Shown: in pieces, positions 1 through 11,754 of the stretch
Layout: each line of letters opens with the position of its first letter
How positions within the stretch are numbered: position 1 is the stretch's first letter
NCBI RefSeq assembly: GCF_001194135.2
Contig: NC_068989.1
Span: 54,284,562-54,322,132, forward strand
DNA: 37,571 bases
From: Octopus bimaculoides
Lineage: Eukaryota
Reading direction: 5' to 3'
The notes under the pieces: generated by a model
Seen by the model: only the letters and a program-made list of their open reading frames with translations
The model's database searches: none
Told to the model about the DNA's origin: nothing
Made by a program: the position numbers and the translations under genes

Positions 1-178
1 ATTATTGTTGTTCAGTAGTTTTATTTTTATAACGTGCTTTCACTTCACTACCGAGCGCAGCTCTGTGCGCCTTGGGTATGTGCTGTGGTTTGCTGTGATG
101 CTCTTATGGTTACTGTATTGAAAGTGTTTTGCGTAGGATGTGTGCAGTGCCCAGTAGTGCAATTTTCTGTATGTTATA
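1..178 (-). mobile_element. 3' end of an R4/Dong-like (RLE-type) non-LTR retrotransposon: ORF C-terminus, 3' UTR and (TAA)n-type tail
   Basis: Minus strand 178..110 reads YNIQKIALLGTAHILRKTLSIQ*, resembling the C-terminal K-x-x-L-L-G-T-A-H-I-L-R motif of R4/Dong elements. UTR follows and ends in an AAT/AAC tail at the window edge. Confidence 0.7.
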
Positions 179-180
179 TA

Positions 181-295
181 TATTATTATTATTATTATTA
201 TTATTCAATAGTCATTATTACGTGCTTTCACTGCACTACCGAGCACAGCTCTGTGTGCCTTGGGTATGTGCTGTGGTTTGTTGTGGTGTCCTTAT
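181..295 (-). mobile_element. Second, shorter tandem copy of the same R4/Dong-like 3' UTR with (TAA)n tail
   Basis: ACGTGCTTTCACTGCACTACCGAGCACAGCTCTGTGTGCCTTGGGTATGTGCTGTGGTTTG (~220-280) nearly duplicates 32-91. (ATT)n tract at 181-204. Confidence 0.75.
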
Positions 296-302
296 TTTCA
301 CT

Positions 303-304
303 AT

Positions 305-342
<38 letters not shown>

Positions 343-535
343 ATATACATACAAACAGAATTATTCATGCAGTTACACAAATATATACAAATATATGCAT
401 TTATTTTTATATACAGACGTAGATTTATACATATATACATGCACACATACATAAATGTATACATAATACATACATAGATACATATATACATACATACATA
501 CATACATACATACATACATACATACATACATACAT
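303..535. repeat. (TAG)n and (TACA)n microsatellites
   Basis: (TAG)n at ~305-341 and (TACA)n at ~487-533. Confidence 0.95.
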
Positions 536-834
536 TATATATGAATATATATATGTATTCCAGTATAAATTATCAATTAATATTAGTTCTTTTAAATTTT
601 ACTTACTTGCTCTACATGTTACTAGATTCGTTAACTAGATGAGAAAATTGCAAATGTTTTGTGTGATGGCGAAAATTCAGCGGCTAAGTAGTACGCTAGC
701 CTCAAACGAAAGCCCATTGAAATCTAGATTCAACCAACACTTTCTCGCGATGGAATTATTCGCCATCTTTGCCCGATCGAAGTGTAGATTTAGACATTAT
801 GTTATCCGATTTTCTCTCCATCATGATGTCTTAA

Positions 835-1120
835 CCCATTACCTCCCATAATTCTATTAACTGCAATTTTTTTTATGAAACTTTAATTTCTAGCATAAAA
901 CAGCCTCAGAAACACGCTGGAATGATCAAAATAACATTTCAAAATAACATTTCAAAATGACATTTTAAATAGAAATAAGCGAGATATTGGGTGAAAAATT
1001 AGCAAACCTCATTTGAACTTCAGAGAAATATACCTAGTAGATATGTGTAAATATTGACAGATAATTACGAAATATGTAATTTTTAAGTGATCTCATACGA
1101 GATCACTGGTAGGTAATGGG
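835..1120. mobile_element. piggyBac-type MITE, 286 bp, non-autonomous
   Basis: TTAA at 831-834 and 1121-1124 (TSD). TIR CCCATTACCTCCCA versus right-end reverse complement CCCATTACCTACCA (13/14). Subterminal hairpin AGTGATCTC-ATAC-GAGATCACT at 1086-1107. Internal 13-bp tandem CAAAATAACATTT, about 3 copies, near 928-966. Confidence 0.85.
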
Positions 1121-1407
1121 TTAACTGTACCTCACATACAGACAAACATATTCGCACGAAAGATGCTCACTTCGTTTATATTTGTGAACACACGTAATGC
1201 AATCTGCCCCACACTTCAATGCACATGCAGAACATGGTCATCTATATTTCAATACACCCCCAACACTATCAATCTCGTTTTCTTCGTTTCGTTTACATCA
1301 GTCATTTTGTGGCATGCCTTCATTCCACTCAATCCCAACCTCTTATCAGCATCGCATTTTTATTTAACGTCTCGCGACCAAATTTTCCTCTTTTGCGTTC
1401 ATCTTTC

Positions 1408-1444
1408 TTTTCTTGACAGAGGACCACTTTCCGAAACGTTGAAA
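1408..1444 (+). ncRNA. Degenerate minimal hammerhead-like motif (Penelope-like terminus?)
   Basis: TTTC [TTGACAGA] GGA-CCACTT-TCC [GAAA] CG TT GAAA: stem I TTTC/GAAA, stem II GGA/TCC, palindromic AACGTT stem III. The core deviates from CUGANGA. Confidence 0.3.
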
Positions 1445-1690
1445 TATTCCTTTCTTTTCCCCACAAAGTTATAGCGATTCGTAATGTTTGCTTTTTTTCT
1501 ATATGATTTAGTTTTTGTTTTTCTTTCTCAGTTTTTCTCCAGATTTCCGTTGGATACGCACATAGACTCACAAGTCCACGCAGTGGCACACACACATGCA
1601 CACATAGATACATACAGACATGCATACATGCATACATACATAAATACATATATATATGTGTGTGTATGTGTGTGTTAGTATAGATAGTTC

Positions 1691-1738
<48 letters not shown>

Positions 1739-1868
1739 TACAGATAGATAGATAGATGAAACAGGTAAATCTTTAACTCACAGTCAAACCTTTCACATAG
1801 AAATTTGATTCTGCAGTTGAAATGAGCCCTTCTATGAAAAAATGTTGACAGTTTATTTACCAATTAAG

Positions 1869-1945
<77 letters not shown>
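1691..1945. repeat. (GATA)n and (CA)n microsatellites
   Basis: (GATA)n at ~1691-1757 and (CA)n at ~1870-1945. Confidence 0.95.
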
Positions 1946-1947
<2 letters not shown>

Positions 1948-2525
1948 CACGCACGCATACACTCAAGCACATTATATATATTTCAGTGTAAGGATACTCA
2001 CGCATCTTTACATAAACACATGTAAATTGACCTTCTGCTGTATAATAAAACGAAATTCCACAAAAAAATAAGACTACAGCAAAAACTACTCACAAAGCTA
2101 AAATACGAAGAAAATGAAGGGAAAAATAATAATCACCATAAATCAATGAAATTCACATTTCTCAGACAAAAATTTGTATTCAGATATAGAAAATTGAAAG
2201 TAAATTCTAGCGCACGTAGTTTAATAATGGATTATAAATAAGTGAAGTATTGAGCGATTTTGAATATCCTGGTTAATGGTTTGCGAATACGCCAGCTGGA
2301 TTGAGTATGTCATGGGATAGACCGGTTAAGTGTTGCTTGGATTGGATTGGTTCGTATTGGTTTGGCATGGGTGTATCTGCGAGTGTTACCTGTCATTTAG
2401 AGTTTTCTTTAAAAAAAAATATCCATCGCCATCATTAAGGTTATAATCATTATTATTAGCAGCATCATACTCATCATTAGATAACATCAACAACAATACT
2501 ACTTGTTACAACAGGCAATTAGTTA

Positions 2526-2560
<35 letters not shown>

Positions 2561-2576
2561 TTACTACTAAACTTGT

Positions 2577-2850
2577 ATCTTTTACTCGGATCCGTCGTTG
2601 GACTGTGGACTTAGTAGGGCTACGTCTTGAAGGATTTGTCTTGAAGCAATCGACCCCAGTACTTATTCCTGGTCTCTTTCGCCGAAACCCTAGGTAACGT
2701 GGGCATAAATGAACCAACACCAAATCCACTTACAAGGCTTTGGTCGGCTCGAGGCTATAGTAGAAGACACTTGCCCAAGTTGCCACGCAGTGGGACTGAA
2801 CCCAAATCTATGTGGTTGGTAAACAAGCTACTTAACACACAGCCACTGCA
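2577..2850 (-). mobile_element. tRNA-derived SINE, family A, internally deleted copy
   Basis: Minus strand has A-box-like TGGCTGTGTG and B-box-like GGTTCAGTCCC, then CTTGGGCAAGTGTCTTCTACTATAGCC...GCCTTGTAAGTGGATTTGG, joined directly to the 3' part (AATAAGTACTGGGGTCGAT). Homologous to copies at 31340-31666 and 31727-31920. Confidence 0.8.
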
Positions 2851-2854
2851 TATA

Positions 2855-3070
2855 CAGTGTCCGCCAAACAAAATGTAAACACACTTCAGGAAAGGAAAAG
2901 TCTGCATAAATATTTTAATTCAGTGTTATTGCAATTTATTTAGTGTTATCACACTTTGACAAAACATCGGAAGAGGTGTTTATATCTGTAGAGGTACATA
3001 TACAAGTTAAATATTTATACAGATTTTTTTTGCTTTCTGAAGTGTGCATACGTGGTTTGAGCGGACTTTG
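2855..3070. mobile_element. Tc1/mariner-type MITE, ~216 bp
   Basis: TA at 2853-2854. Left end CAGTGTCCGCCAAACAAAATGTAAACACACTTCAGGAAAG versus right-end reverse complement CAAAGTCCGCTCAAACCACGTATGCACACTTCAGAAAG (degenerate ~38-bp TIRs). Confidence 0.7.
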
Positions 3071-3259
3071 AATATACGTATATACCGCTTTATTTTACTT
3101 AACCCTCATTTGTTGTTCATGACAATAATGAGAGACAGAGAAAGAAAGACAAGTAGACAGACAGAAAGAAAAATAAATGAATAAGTGCATGAATGAATGA
3201 ATATGAAGAGAAAAACTGGAAAAACTGAACATGTGGTAGAAAGAAAGACAGAAATAAAT

Positions 3260-3260
3260 A

Positions 3261-3348
<88 letters not shown>

Positions 3349-3397
3349 CAGATAGATAGATAGATAAATAGATAGATATATAGACAGACAGACAGGC

Positions 3398-3459
<62 letters not shown>

Positions 3460-3523
3460 GTATGTATGTAGGTAGGTAGGTAGGTAGGTAGGTAGGTAGG
3501 TAGGTATGTAAGTAGGTAGGTAG
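3260..3523. repeat. Compound tetranucleotide array (GAAA)n-(GATA)n-(GGTA)n
   Basis: Direct read. Explains ORFs 3095..3550 and 3117..3605. Confidence 0.95.
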
Positions 3524-4097
3524 AATGAAAAAGGAAATAGAGAGAGACAAAGTCAGAAAGAAATACAGAATATGGGACAGAAAGAATGATATAATGAAAG
3601 AGCAACCGAAAAAAAAAGAGAGAAAGAATGAAAGAAAAAATAAGAAATTGAAGGAGCAGAAAAAATAAAGAAAGAAAAAGTGTTATAAAAAGTCAAAACA
3701 AAATGTAAAATATCAGCAAAAAAACACAAGATATTGGGGTGGGGTGAGTAACGAAATAATCCGTTAAACTAGAAAAGAACCCAAAGATGTGGAGAACAAC
3801 AACATAAGGGAAAACTAAACAAAAAAAATTAAACAAACATACATAGAAACAAAGAGAGACATAGGAACAACAAATAAAAATGAAATTAAAAAAGTGAATA
3901 AATAAGAATTGAAAATGATGTAGGAAATGAGAATAAAAGTAAGAAATTTGGACAGACATATCAAGGAAAATAATAGCAAAATGGCTGTTTCCTTTTTACT
4001 CCCGACTATTATCGTTGCCAACGAGAATATCGTGGAAGATTGACGAGAAAATGAAAAGGCGGGAACAATGGAATACATGGAAGGGAAATAATCAGTA

Positions 4098-4160
4098 AAG
4101 ATCATTGACAGTTGCATGTATTTGGGTCCAGAATCGTCTGGGGATATAAGTGCAGATGTA
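4098..4160 (+). mobile_element. Possible RTE-like LINE reverse-transcriptase fragment
   Basis: Reads KIIDSCMYLGPESSGDISADV, resembling the post-YADD (V/I)DSFxYLG motif. Short and degenerate, followed by (GTAT)n. Confidence 0.3.
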
Positions 4161-5320
4161 TGTATGTATGTATGTATGTATGTATGTATGTATGTATGCA
4201 TGCATGTAAGTACGTATGTATATATGTATATATATATACATATATATATTAAGAGGCAAGTTGTCTGTGTGTTGTGTGAACTGCTTCTACTTCAATTTTC
4301 AACCGCATTTCACTAAATTTGACATGTGTGCTCTCTTTCACTTAGGACGCGTTTTCTTATAATTTTTCCTCGAAATTCCGCGCCCCCAACATAAATAGAT
4401 TACTCTCAATTCGCCTAGGATTTAAATTCACCACGTCTATGCAACAGTACACGTACAATCTTCGGCGCTTCTATAGANNNNNNNNNNNNNNNNNNNNNNN
4501 NNNNNNNNNNNNNNNNNNNNNNNNNNNNNNNNNNNNNNNNNNNNNNNNNNNNNNNNNNNNNNNNNNNNNNNNNNNNNNNNNNNNNNNNNNNNNNNNNNNN
4601 NNNNNNNNNNNNNNNNNNNNNNNNNNNNNNNNNNNNNNNNNNNNNNNNNNNNNNNNNNNNNNNNNNNNNNNNNNNNNNNNNNNNNNNNNNNNNNNNNNNN
4701 NNNNNNNNNNNNNNNNNNNNNNNNNNNNNNNNNNNNNNNNNNNNNNNNNNNNNNNNNNNNNNNNNNNNNNNNNNNNNNNNNNNNNNNNNNNNNNNNNNNN
4801 NNNNNNNNNNNNNNNNNNNNNNNNNNNNNNNNNNNNNNNNNNNNNNNNNNNNNNNNNNNNNNNNNNNNNNNNNNNNNNNNNNNNNNNNNNNNNNNNNNNN
4901 NNNNNNNNNNNNNNNNNNNNNNNNNNNNNNNNNNNNNNNNNNNNNNNNNNNNNNNNNNNNNNNNNNNNNNNNNNNNNNNNNNNNNNNNNNNNNNNNNNNN
5001 NNNNNNNNNNNNNNNNNNNNNNNNNNNNNNNNNNNNNNNNNNNNNNNNNNNNNNNNNNNNNNNNNNNNNNNNNNNNNNNNNNNNNNNNNNNNNNNNNNNN
5101 NNNNNNNNNNNNNNNNNNNNNNNNNNNNNNNNNNNNNNNNNNNNNNNNNNNNNNNNNNNNNNNNNNNNNNNNNNNNNNNNNNNNNNNNNNNNNNNNNNNN
5201 NNNNNNNNNNNNNNNNNNNNNNNNNNNNNNNNNNNNNNNNNNNNNNNNNNNNNNNNNNNNNNNNNNNNNNNNNNNNNNNNNNNNNNNNNNNNNNNNNNNN
5301 NNNNNNNATATATGTATATG

Positions 5321-5352
<32 letters not shown>

Positions 5353-5501
5353 TATATGTATGTACATGAACGTACGAATATACATACATATATACATGCA
5401 TATGTGGTGAGTGTGTATGTGTGCGTATGTGAGTGTGCATGTGTGTGTATGTGTGCGTATGTGATTGTGCGTGTATCTGTGTGTGTGCGTATGTCAGTGT
5501 G

Positions 5502-5586
<85 letters not shown>

Positions 5587-6900
5587 AGGCACTAACTTTT
5601 AATACACATGTAGTATTCTAGTATTCTGTATCTGAAATTTGAATTAGAGAAGTAGATGAAATTAGAATATCTTACTGCTCTTCCTTAGCTTTTGATAAGT
5701 AGAGATCTTTCTTGCACGGTTCCTTTGTTCTCCTGCAGGTATGTGTTTAATTGTAATATTGAGAGCACGTAAATATCAACACAGTAAATAGCATAACTAG
5801 AAAGAGAGCGATTTCCACCGTTCATTGAAGAAGACAGAATAGCATAATCTACTGAACCATTAAAACCTACAGCTATAACAAACTGAAAACAAAAAGTCAG
5901 GTATCTAATATAGGGGATAAAAACTACCTCCTAGAACTTCTAGTTCTAATTCCGAAAATATAGCTGCACCACAGATAGCAATGATATGAAAACTTACCAA
6001 AATTAGATGTTTTCAAGTTTGAATAACTGTATGAAAACCAGGAAATGAAGATAACCTGGTCTAATGCCTCTTATACGAAAAGCTAGAGGACTAACATACA
6101 TTAAGTTTTCAATATATGAGACCAAATTTTCTTCCTAGGCACAAATACTATAGTACCTTCGGCAAATATTCTGTTAATTCTCATTCTCTACAACACAAAG
6201 CCTAGCAGGTACTCAAAGATCGAGGCGTCAAATTTTGAGCTTGCCTGGTAGCAATCTAACATATTAGAAAAGAAGCTGTATGACTTCACAAATCCAGGCG
6301 GCAGTTGGCTGTTCCAACAGCCAATACAATACTAATTTCCCACTACTGCTCATTACAGAAACTGTAAGAACAACAATAGCAATGTTTATAACAACAATAA
6401 CAACACTGACGAAAAGAACACAAATGAAAAGACATGCGAGATGAACACTAACACCACCACTACTACAACCACCTCTGCCACCACCACTACAAATTATGCC
6501 GATCAAAACAACCGCAAAACTAAAAACAATGTGCATGAGAAACAGAAAGAAGAAAAGTCAAATTGTCTTTCCAACTCAACTGAAATTTCTTCCTTCAACC
6601 CCTTCACCACCACCACAACTAGTAACAGTAACACATAAACATGAACACATCGCAGTTAACAACGCCAAAGTTGCCAGATTTGCAAAGCCGAGCGATCAGA
6701 GAAAAGAATTAAATTAATGACTCAAGAAATAAAAAATGCAATAAACTTCCTTACGATGTCTAGCCGAAACAAATGTAAACATTCACAAATCCATCCAACA
6801 AGAAATCAATATGGAAAAGCGTAACATATATATTGATAGCAATAAAAAGTCGAAAACTAGAACGAGCCACACAGCAAAAAATAGAAAAACGCCTCAGACT

Positions 6901-7345
6901 GATTTGGAGAACGAAAACATACGTCGGTAGAAGGAAAGATATTGCATGGTAGAGATAAGTTTCCCGGCAAAGAATGAGCCTAAGTAGCACTCCAGAATAC
7001 TAAGAAGTGACGATTTGGTCCTCATACCAATTTAATTTGGCTACAGAGTTGTATGGATAAACATAGTTGATGTGTCCCCAGGCATAAATATCTGTCAATT
7101 GATAGCGGTGGTCTTCGACATAAAAAAAACAAGACTAGTATTTTGCTGGTCCTGTGGCTGCACAACTAAAATTGGTCAAGCTAACGGATGGAGATATTGA
7201 TCCAATCTAATCAAGAGAGCATAGAAGCCATCCTGAGCTAGATCAGTGTGCTAGGCGGCACAAAGCTGTGCTTGGACGTTGAGGAGAGAAACCTAAATTG
7301 TCACTTGAGTAATGACACAAACCACCACAAGGCTTTCTGTCCACA
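6901..7345 (+). pseudogene. LINE ORF1 (gag-like) remnant with zinc knuckle
   Basis: Reads YCMVEISFPAKNEPK*HSRILRSDDLVLIPI*FGYRVVWINIVDVSPGINICQLIAVVF, shifts frame at the A-run near 7122-7129, then MEILIQSNQESIEAILS*ISVLGGTKLCLDVEERNLNCHLSNDTNHHKAFCP. C-H-L-S-N-D-T-N-H-H-K-A-F-C fits CX2CX4HX4C with the second Cys TGT changed to AGT. Confidence 0.6.
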
Positions 7346-8324
7346 GCAAAGGAGAGAAGAAAGGTCCACAACGTCAACAACGCCAAAAGCATAAACAGCA
7401 GCATCAAAAGCAGAGTGCAGCCACAAGAGCAATTGCAACACTAAAACCAGCAACTGCAAAAAAAAGGAGTAACAGCAGCAGAAACAGAAGCAAAAGTAGC
7501 AGCAATAACAACAAAAAAAACAACTCAGTAACTGGAAACACAAACAATAAAAACAGCAAAAGAAACACTGCCTTCAAGGCCCACCACATCACAGTAACTG
7601 AAAGTCCTTATGTAACCGCCCCGGCTGGAACCACTTAGACATCTCGTGTGGTGAAGATAACGGAGAAGAAAACAAACGGCAAATGATACACAAGAAAAGA
7701 GAAAGGTTAAAGTATCACGGCAGCAGGAAAAAAAGACTGGGATGTGCAAACGGAGGGTCGAAACACATTCTATAGCCATTAAATCAACACGAGCTCCAGC
7801 CACAATAGCAGCACCATTTTCACTATGACCATTAAAATCGCCAACAGTGCTAAAGACAATCATCATCACAAACGTCGGAAAACCTAAGGATAGCCACTGA
7901 GAAACATTATAAGTTTTACTGCCATAAATACAAATAATATGGAATTAATGAAACACATCGACATGCAGACGTTACTCAGAATGATTCCATCACACCAGCA
8001 AATATCAAAAAGACACTCATAAAATCACTCAAGCCACTAAAAACATATACAACGTCATAAAATAAAAAATATTCCAACAGAGAAGGAAATTTCAGAGGCA
8101 ACATCAATAAATGACTTTATAAGGAACATCCACACCCAATCAGAGGGACCAACTACCTGTCCCTCCGCAGGAATAGGGTAAATGGTCCTTTCTAATCTTC
8201 CTCTTTTTTCGAATGTAGTATTAATCAGAATAGACAGTTTAAATTAACGTAGCCTGTGGTCATCTTGAGAGCAGGACCGCTTGGTCAACGAGCTCAGGTC
8301 ACGAGATATAGATGAGAATGCCAG

Positions 8325-8379
8325 CTATCAGACCAAAGTTTTCGATCCACAAGGATTACTGGCCCTCTTCAGCGGATAA
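8325..8379 (-). ncRNA. Hammerhead-ribozyme-like motif (type I topology)
   Basis: Minus strand: TTATCCG CTGAAGA GGGCC-AGTAATCCTTGT-GGATC GAAA AC-TTTG-GTC TGATAG. Cores CUGAAGA, GAAA and GUC are present. Stem II pairs 4/5, stem I 6 bp with one bulge, stem III 2 bp with an extra A. Confidence 0.4.
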
Positions 8380-11224
8380 GGAATGATATTATCTCTAAGT
8401 ATCCCGAGAATAGGAGATAAACTACCGTACTGTGCTGGAAGGACCTCGATCTCACGATACGGACAAGTTTCTTGAATCCCAAAAAATAATCTGATGGCTT
8501 TGTGTGTAAATAATAGTTTAAGGATGCCTTCAGAAAAGTAGCTTATGCTATTACAGGGGTAGAACGGCCGGATTACTTCGGGAGTCTGGTGGTTCTCATA
8601 GGATTGTCCTGCTTTTTAGTGCTAGTTAGTGAATGGAACACTATCTTTGGTGCACGTTTGGGTTGATCATAACTAGTTGGTAGAAAACGTGTGTGCAAAA
8701 ACGTCACAAACCGGCTCAGATGTTTCCAAGTGTTTCCAGATGTTTCTTTTTCAGCAGTATTGAGCCATATCGGAACTGTGCCCAATACGCCGAGACAAAC
8801 AGAACAAAATTAATGATACAGAGCAGAAAGCCTAGTCGCTAATTTCCTCATAATAAAAACAGTTCAGCACCTAAAGCCATACTGAATTGGAAACACTAAG
8901 CAGAAAAAATTATAAACGGAAATTGTGATCAGTCGCAAGAGCAGAAGCGAAAAAAAAAACTGTTTTCCAGGCTCCCATCACCCAAAGCTCTGGGATTATC
9001 AAAAGAAGTCCTTTTATGTAGAGTATTAAAAATATATCAAAAACTATCTCGTCCTCAAAATGTGCCAACAAAATGGACTATGCCATCATCATGTAATAAT
9101 GAAGAAATATTTCAGGCGAATGAATACCTACTAACTATCGGTGGAAGCAAGAAAGGATAAACAATGGAAAAACTTCTCAAAGAAAGTTAATTCAAGACTC
9201 AACATAAAACAACAAAAGCAAGTGAGAAGAAATTATTTCATGAAAATATCAATGGTATCTCTTCTCGAAAAAATTAATAAGGAAAATGAAGACAATAAAG
9301 AATTGAGATTCGCCTTCCTTCGAAAATCAAATAAACAAAGTCTAAATAGAATTACGTATCTGTGATGCCATGGACTTTCTAAAGACATTAGAATGGTACC
9401 AAAGCAATTAGGCTTAGAATGTAAACAACATGCAAAAGATAGATTATTAGTAAAATTTAAACTAAGACATTCCACCGAAATTTTTTAAAATATGCTCCGA
9501 AGAAGTTTGAGTTCATCAACACCAAATACTTCAAAAATGCTTACTGGTGCATACGATTGCACTCTTACTCTATTTGAGGAATGGTCAAACGAACTGGATC
9601 GTGAAGTTTCCTTACTCAATGTAACCAGTAATCTTTCATGTTATTTCCTTTAATTATATATTATTTTAATTATTATATATTTTACTGTACAGGCTCTTTT
9701 ATTTATTGCCGTGTATATATACATGTATGTATACGTGTTTGACATATACTATACCATCGCATATACTATATCATCACTATAAGCAAATGCATTCAAATTA
9801 TTTACAATTTAACTTTGAAAAACAGTTCTGTTATTAGTATTCTGCAACCTAGAAGGTATTTAACAAAACTTATATAATATTTTATTCAAATGCAGCAGAG
9901 TTTGGTCATCAATATTCTGTTGGATCTTAAAATAAGCCTTTTTTAAAGTCTAACCATCTAAAAATTATATTTAGTGATGTTATTTCACAGAGACGAAATT
10001 ATAAAGGTAAGAGATATGCATCTAAAAGAATAAGTCGGTTAAAAGCTTGTTAATAATCTATGTAGACTACCAAGGATATTTGATTATTTGGAGATTTCAC
10101 AACTAAAGCCTGAACACGAAGTAACACTGGCCTTTATTATCCCATTAAGGGAGCGTACCAAGACCATGAGTGCTACTACTCGTTCTTGACTAATTAACTA
10201 GTGGAAAACTAAAATATTCTACACTTCATTATTTCTGCAAAAGTTTAATAAGATAAGTATATTTACATTCAAACTACATCATCCCCAAAACAAAGGTGGA
10301 GTGTCTACAACATGCAAGAAATGACAACCAAATATGCATCACATCATAAACAGTTATTTTTTTAAATGGAGATTGCATTCGATAATGTTAGCCTGAAAAC
10401 TATACACCTGAAGAGAACAGACTGACGGCCATGACAGAATCTGTTATGGATAATAGGTATACTTGATCAAGGTTCTTCGTTTTACATCCTACGCACTTTT
10501 TACAAGCGTTATACTTGAATACTTGGAACGTTATACTACATTACACTACGACTTGTTTATAAAATAAAATTGACTCTACACTATGCTATACCGCACCACA
10601 AAAGTATTACCATACCTCATGTTTGTCAGACTTCATTATTTCAACTAACTCTATGATTCCATAAATCTGACTATAATATGAACCAAGACAACAACCACAT
10701 TAACAAGAACAACGATAACAGCAGCAACGACAACGACGACGGCGGCGGCGATGATGACAACAGCAACAAACATTAATAACAAATAGCGAAATCCAAGTCC
10801 TACAACTTGAAGTTTTGTCAAGAAAAATGGTTTCGTCACTGCTAGCCAAACGATATATTTTCTCAATTCAGTACAGCTTTCATTCATTTTATCATGTCAC
10901 AGCTAGCCAAGATGGAGGTGGGTCGAAAATGAGGGAAAGAGAGAAACAAACAAAGACAGAGTATGAGTGAGGAGAGAAAGAGTGAAAGAAAGAGAGGAAG
11001 GAGGGCAAATGCAATTGGACAGATTCGAAAATTTTCACGAGGCTCATTTATTTCCAATAATCTCCATTAATCCTTCTTGATAGCTTATCTCGTTCGGTAT
11101 GGTTACTATGCCACAATACGTATTCCTTCCATTCGTCTCACGTTTAAATTCGTTCTCCCGCGCCAGAATTCTAATACGACAAGGGTCATTTGATGCCATA
11201 TTGTAACTGCTTTATAAATCTATC

Positions 11225-11315
11225 TTCTTTTATATATGTGTGTGTGTGTGTGTGCGTGTGTGTGCTTGTGTGCTTGTGTGTATGTGTGTGTGCATGTGTA
11301 TGTGTGTGTATGCGT

Positions 11316-11345
<30 letters not shown>
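11225..11345. repeat. (TG)n-rich microsatellite
   Basis: Direct read. Confidence 0.95.
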
Positions 11346-11346
<1 letters not shown>

Positions 11347-11523
11347 CTTTATTTGTGTGTATGGTATTTTTGCTACATTTCTTTTTATTTAGGTATTTGT
11401 GTGTTATTGTTTTATTAGTCATTTTCTTTATCGAATTGGGCGCACGACTATGGAAGACTACATGGGGCCATTTGAAAGATTGCATTTTTTATTGTTGTTT
11501 TTTTTTTCATTTTTATTCAGGTA

Positions 11524-11690
11524 GAAGAAGAAGAAGAAGAAGAAGAAGAAGAAGAAGAAGAAGAAGAAGAAGAAGAAGAAGAAGAAGAAGAAGAAGAAGA
11601 AGAAGAAGAAGAAGAAGAAGAAGAAGAAGAAGAAGAAGAAGAAGAAGAAGAAGAAGAAGGTGATGATGAGGACGACGATGACACCGATGG

Positions 11691-11733
<43 letters not shown>

Positions 11734-11754
11734 GATGATGATGATGACGATGAT
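11524..11754. repeat. (GAA)45 followed by degenerate (GAT)n
   Basis: Uninterrupted GAA from 11524 to 11658 (135 bp), then GAT/GAC triplets. Confidence 0.95.

Larger units (their letters stand above)
5760..9720 (+). mobile_element. Heavily decayed L1/Tx1-like non-LTR retrotransposon region (ORF1-like part clear, ORF2 remnants weak)
   Basis: About 4 kb free of long perfect microsatellites, A-rich plus strand, many stops and frameshifts. Degenerate CCHC knuckle at 7299-7340, low-complexity N/T/Q/K linkers, long stop-poor frames at ~8950-9650, AT-rich 3' end. No intact YADD motif seen. Confidence 0.5.

Noticed and set aside
4244-4477. Helitron/HINE-like 5' end (TATATATTAAGAGGCAAGTTGTCTGTG...TTTCACTAAATTTG)
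   Set aside because: Resemblance from memory only; any 3' hairpin or CTRR end would fall in the gap.
4415-5440. Long ORFs of 140-340 aa here and at the other N gaps
   Set aside because: They are open only because N codons cannot be stops; the flanks are microsatellite translations.
5689-5738. Possible 50-nt plus-strand exon (CTTCCTTAG acceptor, CAG/GTATGT donor)
   Set aside because: Such site pairs arise by chance in 37 kb, and the peptide LLISRDLSCTVPLFSC is unrecognised.
8400-8455. LCWKDLDL, resembling tyrosine-recombinase LxWxDID
   Set aside because: The preceding catalytic-Arg motif needs a frameshift, and no HxxR motif or catalytic Tyr was found.
9991-10006. Possible 16-nt microexon (TTTCACAG acceptor, AAG/GTAAGA donor)
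   Set aside because: Good sites but too short to assess without transcripts.
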